Assembly: GCA_045632345.1 (NCBI GenBank)
Contig: JAZQWM010000008.1
Span: 58,236 to 122,235, forward strand
Length of the DNA stretch: 64,000 nucleotides
Direction: 5' to 3'
From: Eubacteriales bacterium
GTDB lineage: Bacteria > Bacillota > Clostridia > Oscillospirales > CAG-272
Shown: one piece after another, positions 35,719-44,411 of the stretch
How the letters are laid out: every line of letters starts with the position of its first letter
How positions within the stretch are numbered: position 1 is the first letter of the stretch
Made by a program: the position numbers and the translations under genes
Notes under the pieces: generated by a model
Database searches by the model: none
Seen by the model: only the letters and a program-made list of their open reading frames with translations
What the model was told of the DNA's origin: nothing

Positions 35719-36162
35719 TTATAAATTCAATGCTTTTATCATTATCGGTAAGCGAATAGGATGCTTTTTTGATGCTTTGCTACAATTTTCGTTATCTTCT
35801 TCCACAAGCTGAAAATAAAGACCGGCTCTGTATATGGGTATTATTATAATGTCTTTAATGTTTTCTAATTTTACCGTATGCTTAAAGCCTTTTATGTACC
35901 CTTCTCTGCATATTTCCTTGCTTTCCGTATCATACCACATTTTGCCACATTCTCTATTCATAACAAATAAACAGCTTATTAACATAGAGAGGGAAAAAGA
36001 AAAAATGATAATTGACAACACAATAGAAGCAACAATATCTTCACTTGAAAATGTCAAAGCGACTATAAATATGCTTAAAATCATAAGAAATATGAAAAAA
36101 GCGATTCCAACTATAAAAATGCTCTTTGATTGCTTTGGTGCATAAATTCTGTTTTCCATCAT
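35719..36162 (-). CDS. membrane protein with C-terminal soluble (PH-like?) domain
   Basis: Two TM helices, then about 80 aa of soluble sequence. Same architecture as 34992-35519. Confidence 0.55.
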   Translation of the reverse strand: MMENRIYAPKQSKSIFIVGIAFFIFLMILSIFIVALTFSSEDIVASIVLSIIIFSFSLSMLISCLFVMNRECGKMWYDTESKEICREGYIKGFKHTVKLENIKDIIIIPIYRAGLYFQLVEEDNENCSKASKKHPIRLPIMIKALNL

Positions 36163-36283
36163 CTGCTCCTTTTTGCAAAAAAGACAGAGAGAGGGGACCG
36201 CAGGAGGTGGCGGTTTCCCCCTTCTCTGCCATAGAAAAATTTAGTATTAAATCAGAGTGAAGCTACATTCGTTAAACAAATCT

Positions 36284-36330
36284 CGCTAACCGCTAACCGC
36301 TAACAGCTGACCGCTGTGAGCGAAGCGAAC
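36284..36330. repeat. heptamer tract plus inverted copy of the conserved core
   Basis: CGCTAAC x3, AGCTGAC, then CTGTGAGCGAAGCGAAC (reverse complement of a GTTCGCTTCGCTCACAG core). Abuts the stop at 36331. Confidence 0.8.
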
Positions 36331-37977
36331 TTAATTAAACTTCCAAGAAGAAATAATATAAATATCCTTTTTGTCGCTTTCGGTATATGAAATATTTAAT
36401 TTATCTCCTTGGCGGACTAAAATAAGTGATTCATCTGCTTCAAGATAGCCTTTATATACTTTGCCATCGGTTGATGTGATATAAACTGTGGAAACTCCTG
36501 ATACAAGAGCAATACGAACGTTTTCAACTGTAATGTCAACGCTTGTGTCTGCGCCAATGTCAATATTATTTTGCTTTAACTGCTTTTTGTATGCGCTCAT
36601 AGCATCTGCTTGGGTGGCACCTGTGGCTACAATACTGTAATTTTCCACGTTTACAAGAGCGTATAGCTTAACAAGTCCTGCATCATCCTTTAAAACCATG
36701 ATATACGTTGCTTGACCTGAAATATTTACAAGGGATGGGAATGATGCAACGTAACCCTTTTCCTGTACCTCGCCCTCTGCCGCCGCCATTGCGGAATGCT
36801 CCTCAGCGCCAATTACGGAATAGAACTTATATTCCCCTGTTCTTGCATTTGTGAGTAAGAAGCCGATATTTGACTTATCGTTTGAAACGGCAGACGTTAC
36901 ACCTGTAAAATACCACACGTCATCGCCGATAACAATATAACCGTAATCATCGGTTGAGTGCTTACAGCCAACGTTACCGATAATGCTATTAAAGAAGCCA
37001 CCTGATAGTTCCCCTTGCCAGTCGTACTTTTTACAAGCTAAGTCGCCTGTATAAACAATGTCAATCCAGGACGGTGTTTCTGCAAGTGAGTAAATTTCGC
37101 TCTCTCCGTTTATAGGATTAAAGATAATAACCTCATTTATATCCATAGCGCCGAAAAGTGAAACTCTTGGCTTTGCGCATGAAACTATATAGAACGGTTG
37201 ACCGTTTTCATCAACCTCAAAGCTGATTGATTGAAAAATCTTGGTTGGGTATTCAAAACGGAGCTTTCTCTTTAAATCATCCTTAAAATATCCGCTTTCT
37301 GTGTAGAAAACAGGCTCATCAAACTTAACGTATTCTGCACTGCTCTTTACAGGGTCAACCATAACCATACCCGGAATACCCTTGTGATTATTGATTGCCC
37401 ACTTGAAAAAGCCATCATATTCAAGAGTTGTAACCTTTTTAGGAGAGCCTTGGTAGTTAATTTGTGTGTAGTAATTATTTAACGTATATTGAGACACCAC
37501 ATCGGAAAGTGAGCCAAGTGTACGGTTGCCTAAAATTGTAGCGGACGCTGTGTCCATAAGAGCGATGTTTGTAATTTCAGTTGTTTCAGGTAAATCCTGC
37601 GCAAAGTCCGCTTCCTTAACCTCAATCACTCCCGCATAGCTTCTTGCATTAAAGAATGTTGATGAAAAGATAAGACCTAAAAGCAATACCGTAAGAGGAA
37701 TAAGCGCTAAAAGTGTCCATTTATTATAATCAACGTTGTATGAGGATTGATAATAATTGCGGTTGCCCTTTTTAACCTTGTTCTTTTGGTGGTTTACTCT
37801 TAGACCTAAGAAAGGCAAAGCACCTACTATGGCAAGGACTGAAATGTAAAGGTAAAATCCCGGGGAGCGGAAATTAAATGCAGGTAATGCGAAATAGAAA
37901 ATCGCATATCCCACCACCGCTACTAAAATCACGGCAAATAGGATTTTTAATAATAATGTTGATGTTTCTTCTTTCAT
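36331..37977 (-). CDS. membrane-anchored protein with large extracytoplasmic domain, unknown function
   Basis: Start trimmed to ATG 37977 behind AAGGAGA. Three N-terminal TM helices. Confidence 0.65.
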   Translation of the reverse strand: MKEETSTLLLKILFAVILVAVVGYAIFYFALPAFNFRSPGFYLYISVLAIVGALPFLGLRVNHQKNKVKKGNRNYYQSSYNVDYNKWTLLALIPLTVLLLGLIFSSTFFNARSYAGVIEVKEADFAQDLPETTEITNIALMDTASATILGNRTLGSLSDVVSQYTLNNYYTQINYQGSPKKVTTLEYDGFFKWAINNHKGIPGMVMVDPVKSSAEYVKFDEPVFYTESGYFKDDLKRKLRFEYPTKIFQSISFEVDENGQPFYIVSCAKPRVSLFGAMDINEVIIFNPINGESEIYSLAETPSWIDIVYTGDLACKKYDWQGELSGGFFNSIIGNVGCKHSTDDYGYIVIGDDVWYFTGVTSAVSNDKSNIGFLLTNARTGEYKFYSVIGAEEHSAMAAAEGEVQEKGYVASFPSLVNISGQATYIMVLKDDAGLVKLYALVNVENYSIVATGATQADAMSAYKKQLKQNNIDIGADTSVDITVENVRIALVSGVSTVYITSTDGKVYKGYLEADESLILVRQGDKLNISYTESDKKDIYIISSWKFN

Positions 37978-38134
37978 TTTTATCTCCTTGTACTTTTTGT
38001 ACATTGTAATATATATTAGTATGTTTTTCAAGCAACCTGAGGTTGCATTTTGCTAACCGTAGGTTTACAAACACTTGTTTTTTTACTACTGTAATAATTA
38101 TACCACACTATTTTTGGAAAATAAATATCAAAAA

Positions 38135-38197
38135 GTGCAAAATAAATGTGTCTATTTTGCAAAAAATGCAAAATAAAGCGCTCTATTTTGCAAAATA
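38135..38197. repeat. GCAAAATA/TATTTTGC hairpin repeat locus 3
   Basis: Two tandem hairpins, GCAAAATA-AATGTGTC-TATTTTGC and TGCAAAATA-AAGCGCTC-TATTTTGCA. Confidence 0.7.
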
Positions 38198-38228
38198 AAA
38201 AATTCCCACACGGATATGTGTGAGAATT
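38192..38228 (-). terminator. Rho-independent terminator
   Basis: AATTCCCACAC / GTGTGAGAATT stem (one mismatch), with a T-rich tail on the minus strand. Confidence 0.65.
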
Positions 38229-38242
38229 TTGTTGTTTTTAAA

Positions 38243-38464
38243 TTAGATATCGAGACTGTTTAAAAGTTCCTTGAGGTTCTTAATCTCTACCTCTGTAAGA
38301 GTAATACCTTTGCCGAGCTTCTCGTGGCTTTCTTGCCATACACGAATGTCGTAAACTGGTTCCTTTTCGTTCCAGCTAACAAGGTTAACTTCCTTAATCC
38401 AACCGCTGTTAGACTCAGAAATAACACCAAAGCTCTTTACAATGTCAAACTTGAATTCTGGCAT
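38243..38464 (-). CDS. YdbC/PC4-like ssDNA-binding family protein
   Basis: MPEFKFDIVKSFGVISE..GW.KEVNLVSWN...YDIRVW....EKLGKGITLT closely resembles Bacillus YdbC. Start at 38464 behind GGAGGGA. Confidence 0.8.
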   Translation of the reverse strand: MPEFKFDIVKSFGVISESNSGWIKEVNLVSWNEKEPVYDIRVWQESHEKLGKGITLTEVEIKNLKELLNSLDI

Positions 38465-38692
38465 AGTAATCATTCCCTCCTTAAGAATTTTTGACAGTCC
38501 CCTGTCAGTTAAGACCATTGTAGCACAAATATTTCCAAATTGCAATATATTATTATAATATTTTTTATATTTTTATATATATTATATATAAATGTAGAAA
38601 AATATAATATAAATATATAAGAAGGCTTTAAAAGGAATTCGGCTAATAACGGCGATAAAACTTGAAAAATTGCGTTTTATCGACACATAGTC

Positions 38693-38953
38693 CTATTTTT
38701 TTGTGAAAAATGAGAAAATTCCCTTTTTCTCTATTTCCTTTTCGGTTACGTCAAGTAACTTAAAGCCAAGAGCGGTAATTGTCTTTTCAAGAGCTGTTCT
38801 TTCGATTTTATTTTTAGATGTAATTACAGTTGTGCCGTTTTCGTGTGAGGAAACCACCTTTTTTACGTTAAAGCCACTCTTGATAGTCTCTGTAACTTGA
38901 CTTTCACAGTGTGGGCACATCATTCCTTGAATTTTTAAAGTTGTTTCTATCAT
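38693..38953 (-). CDS. heavy-metal-associated (HMA) domain protein
   Basis: GMMCPHC metal-binding motif in a beta-alpha-beta-beta-alpha-beta sized domain. Confidence 0.75.
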   Translation of the reverse strand: MIETTLKIQGMMCPHCESQVTETIKSGFNVKKVVSSHENGTTVITSKNKIERTALEKTITALGFKLLDVTEKEIEKKGIFSFFTKK

Positions 38954-38976
38954 AATAAACTCCTTTCAGTCGTATT

Positions 38977-39069
38977 TTAGGGGATAGGGTATAGGGGATA
39001 GGGGTTCGCTACGCTCACAGGGGTGGTTAGTTATTCCCTGTTCCCTGTCCCTTGTCCTCTGACCCCTGC
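38977..39069. repeat. heptamer-tract inverted arms (GGGGATA-type vs CCCTGTT-type) around the conserved core
   Basis: TTAGGGG ATAGGGT ATAGGGG ATAGGGG TTCGCTA CGCTCAC AGGGGTG GTTAGTT ATTCCCT GTTCCCT GTCCCTT GTCCTCT GACCCCT. Confidence 0.85.
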
Positions 39070-39801
39070 TTAAAGCTTTGGCTCAAAGCAAGGCATAAGC
39101 TCTAATTTGAATAGGTTATTTTTATGCTTTCTATCAATGATTTCCTTTTTATTAAGGTCATCAATTTCGCCTGTGCGGATGTATCTGTCAAGCTCTGCAT
39201 AGGTAAAGCCGAGGTTTTCCTCATCGCTCTTTCCGCAAAGACCGTCAATAGGTGTCTTTTCAACAAGATTATAGGGCAATTTTAAGAGGTGGCCGATTTC
39301 CTTGACCTCTGTTACGGTTAATCTTGAAAGGGGGCTAAAATCGCCTACTGAATCGCCGTAGCGTGTTGAGTAGCCTACCCAGTCCTCAGAGAGATTGCAG
39401 GTATTTGCAACTCTGCCGTTGCAGCTTTGTGAAATTGCATAAACTGTTGACATACGAATACGCGGTGGGAGATTTTGAATAGATTGAGCTGTAATTTCAA
39501 GCTCCTTGGGCATGTTTTTTATAATTCCGTCAACGGCGTCCTTGATGTTTACAACGTAGTGCTTAATGCCCAAGTGATTTACAAGCTGATATGACGCGTC
39601 AATATCGTGCTGCTCTCCCTGTGGCATTAAAACGCCTATTACTCTGTCCTTGCCTAGAGCCTCAACACAAAGCGCCGCCACAACTGAGCTGTCCTTTCCG
39701 CCTGAAACACCTAAAACAGCGTTACAGCCCTTGCCGTTTTGCTCAAAAAAATCTCTTATCCACTCAACACATTCGTTTTTAATTTTTTCTGCGTTAAACA
39801 T
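39070..39801 (-). CDS. nadE: NH3-dependent NAD+ synthetase
   Basis: PP-loop GVSGGKDSS. 243 aa. Confidence 0.9.
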   Translation of the reverse strand: MFNAEKIKNECVEWIRDFFEQNGKGCNAVLGVSGGKDSSVVAALCVEALGKDRVIGVLMPQGEQHDIDASYQLVNHLGIKHYVVNIKDAVDGIIKNMPKELEITAQSIQNLPPRIRMSTVYAISQSCNGRVANTCNLSEDWVGYSTRYGDSVGDFSPLSRLTVTEVKEIGHLLKLPYNLVEKTPIDGLCGKSDEENLGFTYAELDRYIRTGEIDDLNKKEIIDRKHKNNLFKLELMPCFEPKL

Positions 39802-39874
39802 TTTGTTTCTCCTTTTTATTGCTTTAGTTTGTTTTTTGCCAATGACTATTTAAATGACTGATGGCGGCTAACTG

Positions 39875-41350
39875 CTAACATCTTGCTTTAGCGATAGCAT
39901 CCCCGTCATATTCCCAAAGGAAGTCCTCGGCGAATTTTGCGATACGCAAAAATGCTAGGTTATCCTTAAAGTAGAATGAGAACGTAACGTTACCGAAGTA
40001 TCTATCAATAATTTGTGAAAATAACGTGATTTTGTCGCCCTGCGTCCACGCGGCAGAGGTGGCACAATCGTATTTAAAGCCATCCTGTGTGCGTACTCCG
40101 CCATTTTCGTTGGAGTAGCCTTCCTCAGGAAACTTGCCAAAATAGTTATCGTTTATCTTAAATGGAAGCTCCATTACGCCGTTTTTGTTTTCGTAGGTTA
40201 GCTTGCCCTCTTTTGCATTTTTGAAATCAAAGCGGAAATTCTTAATTCCCATTTGATTTTCCTCGCACTCGTAGGTTACGCCGTTTATAATATCAGGGCA
40301 TGGGGAGTCATAGAAGCCTTGCTCAGAGTAAAGCTCAAGGGAATCGCACAATGCTTTAAGCATTTGCTGCCCTTTTTCATTTTCAGGTAGGGGCGTGTCG
40401 CTTATTTCATCAACAATATACTCATAGAAGCCGTTTATAATCAGCTCTCTTGAAAATCCGCTGCCTTGGTTGTCTGCCGTGCAAACGAAAATTAAGTCCT
40501 TGCCAGGCACACAAATTGCAAGCTGATCGCCCATTCCTATAAAGCCAAATCCGCTTTGAGGCGCGCGCCAAAATTGATATCCGTAGCCACGGTGTAGTGA
40601 GTCTCTGTGGGCGCTTGGCGCGTTGTCCTTATGTCTTGAGGTTGCTTCTCTTAGGTAGCTTTCGTTCATTAGTCTTTCGCCGTTATAAACGCCGTAATTT
40701 AAAACGAAGCGTGCAAAGGTTAGTAAATCCCTAGGTGTGCAAATAAGCGCGGAATCGCCCCAGCTATCGCCGTTAGGTGTCTTTAATATTGTAGCGTTTT
40801 TAAAACCATCTAGCTTTGTGAAAATTCTTTCATTTAAAAAGTCAAATAGTTGCTTTTTAGTTACTCTTTCAACAAGTGAGGAAAGCACCTGTGAGCCTGC
40901 GCTATCGTATTCCCAAAGAGTGTTGCTTGGGTGCTTTTTGTTTGGGTCATTCAAATAAAATTCTGTTCTATCGTACGCTTTTTCGCTAAACCAGTTAGGG
41001 TAAAAGCCTGTGGTTGTCATGGTAAGCATTTCACGAATTGTCTGCTTTTTTAGATACTCATCCGGCTCTTTTTTGATTTTGTCAGGAAAATATTCTATAA
41101 TTGGCGTATCCAAATCAATAAGTCCGTCCTCAACACAAAGACCGATTGCCACGGACACAAAGCTCTTTGTTACAGAATACATTCTGTGGTTAAAGTCCTT
41201 GTCAAAGGGCTTCCAATAGCATTCGCAAAAAATATCGTTGCCCTTAGCTACTAAAAAGCTGTGCATGTGTAGATTATTTAATCTACTAATTAGCTTATAA
41301 AGATTTTTTGAGTCAACTCCAACGCTTTCCGGCGTTACGTTTCTAAACAT
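39875..41350 (-). CDS. serine hydrolase (beta-lactamase/PBP4-like fold) with extra C-terminal domain
   Basis: SxxK motif YSVTKSF. No signal peptide. Confidence 0.75.
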   Translation of the reverse strand: MFRNVTPESVGVDSKNLYKLISRLNNLHMHSFLVAKGNDIFCECYWKPFDKDFNHRMYSVTKSFVSVAIGLCVEDGLIDLDTPIIEYFPDKIKKEPDEYLKKQTIREMLTMTTTGFYPNWFSEKAYDRTEFYLNDPNKKHPSNTLWEYDSAGSQVLSSLVERVTKKQLFDFLNERIFTKLDGFKNATILKTPNGDSWGDSALICTPRDLLTFARFVLNYGVYNGERLMNESYLREATSRHKDNAPSAHRDSLHRGYGYQFWRAPQSGFGFIGMGDQLAICVPGKDLIFVCTADNQGSGFSRELIINGFYEYIVDEISDTPLPENEKGQQMLKALCDSLELYSEQGFYDSPCPDIINGVTYECEENQMGIKNFRFDFKNAKEGKLTYENKNGVMELPFKINDNYFGKFPEEGYSNENGGVRTQDGFKYDCATSAAWTQGDKITLFSQIIDRYFGNVTFSFYFKDNLAFLRIAKFAEDFLWEYDGDAIAKARC

Positions 41351-41411
41351 TATTCTACCTACCTTAAATAATATTATATAAGCATTTTAACACACAAATA
41401 AATATCTGTCA

Positions 41412-41470
41412 ATAAAATAAAGAGCAGATTTTTGAAGTGAACCAAATGGGGTTCACTTCATTTCTGCTCA
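41412..41470 (-). terminator. long nested-hairpin terminator
   Basis: GAGCAGA...GAAGTGAACC-AAAT-GGGGTTCACTTC...TCTGCTC, with a T-rich tail on the minus strand. Confidence 0.7.
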
Positions 41471-41477
41471 TTTTTGT

Positions 41478-44396
41478 TTATTTAACGCTAATGGTTATTG
41501 TTGCCTCGGTGTCGCTTAGACTGTCAACAACGAAGGTGTAAATAAGAGTATTGCCAAGGTCATCGGTTTGATTTGATAATGTGTCGCCTAATGCGAAAAT
41601 GTACTCGCTTCCGTTTGAAACAAGCTCGATTAGGTTATTTACTGTGCCGTAGTAGTCAGATGCATCGGTATTGGTGTTATACACATCATAATAAATCTCG
41701 CCATCGTATTCCTCATAGAAAAGTGATGCATTTACGTGGTAAACTAAAATTCCGCTTTCCTCAAAGTAACCGCCCATACCTGTGTTAAGTGCTTCGTTTG
41801 TATAGTAAATCAAGACATAGTATTCTTGATATACGCCAAGGGATGGGTCAAAATTATTTGCAATAATTATTGTGTCGCCGTTTTTTGCAAACGCTTCAAG
41901 GGATAAGGTAACGGTGCTATCTGTTACAACTAAGCGTGAGGACGTAATCCAGCCAAGGTTGAACTTGGTATATGGGTTATGATCGCCTGTCATGGAGTCC
42001 ATCATATCATATCCGCCGAGAGGAGAGCCAACGTACGCTGTATCGTAATAGTCATCAATGCCAAGCACGTGTCCGAACTCGTGAATGAAGGTGTACGTGT
42101 TTATAATGTCCGTATTAGAATAGTCGCCCTCTAGCTCTAGGTCCTCATGTAAAAATTCATATGAAGCCCAAAGGTAATCGTTTGCGCTTACGCCATCGTA
42201 TTCGTAGTAGTTATCGTAGCTATCTGTGTAGATATTCCAATATCTGTACGCCCAGTAGAAATCGCTTTCGGAGTCAATTTCAAGGGTTGTTACAAGAACA
42301 ACTGAGTCAATTATGCCGTTATTATCGGAGTCAAACTCAGAAAGATCCATAATGGTTGAAAGGTATGCAAGCGCCTCGTCCATAATCATTTGGTCGCCGA
42401 TAAGCACCTTGTTTCCGTCATAGCTCATTGTTTGTTTTGCGTAATAGGTGCTGGTCTTTGATGGTCTGAACCAAGTGTCAACTACTGTAATATCAAGAGT
42501 AAGCTGGCCTAAGCTTGAAATAAAGTAGTAATCATAAACGGAATAATAGTCGGTTTGACCGTTTTTCTCAAACGCCTTTTTGATATTCTCTATGGAGTAG
42601 CCAAGGTCGCTTGCTGTTCTGTCGCTGAACTCAACGGGAATTACCAAAACTCCCGGAGAGCCTACGGTTGGGCAACCGTCAAGATAATAGCCTTGGTCGG
42701 TTACGTCCTTAACTATTTCCGCGTCCTTGAAATCAACGTCATATACGCCGTCGCCGTCATCATCAGGTAAGCCTGCGCCATCGTTGGTAATAACGTTTTC
42801 CTCTGTTATAACGTCATCCTCTCCGCCTGTGCTGCCACCCTCGCTACCTTCCTCAAAGTATGCGTCAACGTCCACGTAATACGCGCCTTCATACTCATAG
42901 TAGCAAACATCAATGTAAATATCGCCCTTGGAATATAAATACCAAGTATCGCCATACTCATCAACCTCTGTGCCGTCGCTACCATAGGAGGAAAACATTG
43001 CAAGATACCAGGTAAATGCGGTCTCTGTGTCGCAAAGTGCGGAATAATAAACACCTGTGTAGCCGTATTCACTGTATGGCTCTACATAGTAATCATCGGT
43101 TGGCAGGAATGGAATAACTAAGCCTACGTACTCATAATACGTATCCTTTTCATCATCGGTAAAGTCATAATAAAGATGCTCGCCGTCATTATCGTTATCA
43201 TTGCCGCCTGTATTGCCACCTGAGCTGCTTGTTTCGGTGTAAGCGTCAACGTCAACGCAGTAAATGCCGTCATATTCATAGAAGCAAGCATCTACGTAAA
43301 TATCTCCCTTTGAAAATAAATACCACGTGTCGCCGTAATCGTCAAGCTCTGTGCCGTCGCTTTGGTAATCTGAGAATAAATTAAGATAGCTATTAAATCT
43401 GGATTGGTCATCACATACTGCAGAGAAATAAACACCGCGGTAGCCGTATTCGTCATAGGCTTCAATTTCGTAGTAGTTGTTTGGGAAAAACGGAATAACT
43501 AAGCCAACGTATTCTAAATACGTGTTCTTTTCGCTTGGCGTAAAGTCGCTATATATAAAATCGCTATTCTCGCCGTCTGTGCTTGGTATGTCGGGTGTGG
43601 GTGGTATGATATCTCCCTCTTGTCCTGCGTAAATAACCTCTATTGCAGAAACGTAAAGTCTATCAGTTTTAGACGTGCCTGTAACGGTTACCTTAATTTC
43701 AGTTGCGCCGCTAGCTGCGTTAATGGTAAGTATATCTCCGTTTTGGGTTGGCTTATTACCACCCGTTACAGATAATTTATTACTGCCGTTTTTGCCGTCG
43801 CTAAAGGTAATAATTACAGTTTTAATTACTCTGCCGTTTTTTGCGCTTACAGTAAGAGTGCCGCCTGATTGGTAAATACGGATTGCATCGCTGTAAATAG
43901 CAGGCTCTGTATTTGCAGTTTCCTTGCCGAATGACACATAAATGTTGTCATCAAGCTTAATTTGGCTACCGCTTACAATGTCGCCATTATTATATTTACC
44001 GATACTCTCTGCCATTTCTGTGGCGGTTTTTGATACGCTAACGTCAATAATTTCAGGCTCGTTATCTCCGCTGTCGTTTCCGCTATCGGTACTGTCGGAG
44101 TCAACGCTGCTGTCAGTATTAATATCGCTGTCTGTGTCTATATTACTGTCGCTATCACTGTCAGTATCTGTGTCAGTTGGAATATCGCTATCCTCGCCGT
44201 TGCTATCTGTGTCGATAATATCGTTATCCGTATCACTTGGTAATGATGTATCAGTATTAGTATCAACACCTGTGTCGGTGTTTACAAAATCGTTTTCTGT
44301 GTTAGGTGTGCTATCAATTTGATTATTTGGCGTGCATGATGATATTACCGCAACAGCCATAAGAAGCACAAAAATTATACTTAAAATCTTTTTCAT
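41478..44396 (-). CDS. large lipoprotein with C-terminal M6 (immune-inhibitor-A-like) metalloprotease domain
   Basis: Lipobox ISSC; about 90 aa D/T/S-rich linker; two tandem ~120-aa repeats; HEFGHVLGIDDYYD zinc motif. Confidence 0.8.
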   Translation of the reverse strand: MKKILSIIFVLLMAVAVISSCTPNNQIDSTPNTENDFVNTDTGVDTNTDTSLPSDTDNDIIDTDSNGEDSDIPTDTDTDSDSDSNIDTDSDINTDSSVDSDSTDSGNDSGDNEPEIIDVSVSKTATEMAESIGKYNNGDIVSGSQIKLDDNIYVSFGKETANTEPAIYSDAIRIYQSGGTLTVSAKNGRVIKTVIITFSDGKNGSNKLSVTGGNKPTQNGDILTINAASGATEIKVTVTGTSKTDRLYVSAIEVIYAGQEGDIIPPTPDIPSTDGENSDFIYSDFTPSEKNTYLEYVGLVIPFFPNNYYEIEAYDEYGYRGVYFSAVCDDQSRFNSYLNLFSDYQSDGTELDDYGDTWYLFSKGDIYVDACFYEYDGIYCVDVDAYTETSSSGGNTGGNDNDNDGEHLYYDFTDDEKDTYYEYVGLVIPFLPTDDYYVEPYSEYGYTGVYYSALCDTETAFTWYLAMFSSYGSDGTEVDEYGDTWYLYSKGDIYIDVCYYEYEGAYYVDVDAYFEEGSEGGSTGGEDDVITEENVITNDGAGLPDDDGDGVYDVDFKDAEIVKDVTDQGYYLDGCPTVGSPGVLVIPVEFSDRTASDLGYSIENIKKAFEKNGQTDYYSVYDYYFISSLGQLTLDITVVDTWFRPSKTSTYYAKQTMSYDGNKVLIGDQMIMDEALAYLSTIMDLSEFDSDNNGIIDSVVLVTTLEIDSESDFYWAYRYWNIYTDSYDNYYEYDGVSANDYLWASYEFLHEDLELEGDYSNTDIINTYTFIHEFGHVLGIDDYYDTAYVGSPLGGYDMMDSMTGDHNPYTKFNLGWITSSRLVVTDSTVTLSLEAFAKNGDTIIIANNFDPSLGVYQEYYVLIYYTNEALNTGMGGYFEESGILVYHVNASLFYEEYDGEIYYDVYNTNTDASDYYGTVNNLIELVSNGSEYIFALGDTLSNQTDDLGNTLIYTFVVDSLSDTEATITISVK

Positions 44397-44411
44397 AACG
44401 TCCTCGGGTCT

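Noticed and set aside
43942-44322. Antisense ORFs over D/T/S-linker-coding DNA (for example 43942-44322 +, 52847-53089 +, 56184-56495 +) and many other shadow ORFs inside long genes.
   Set aside because: They are low-complexity Ser/Leu/Val translations of the reverse strand of well-supported genes, with no independent start signals.
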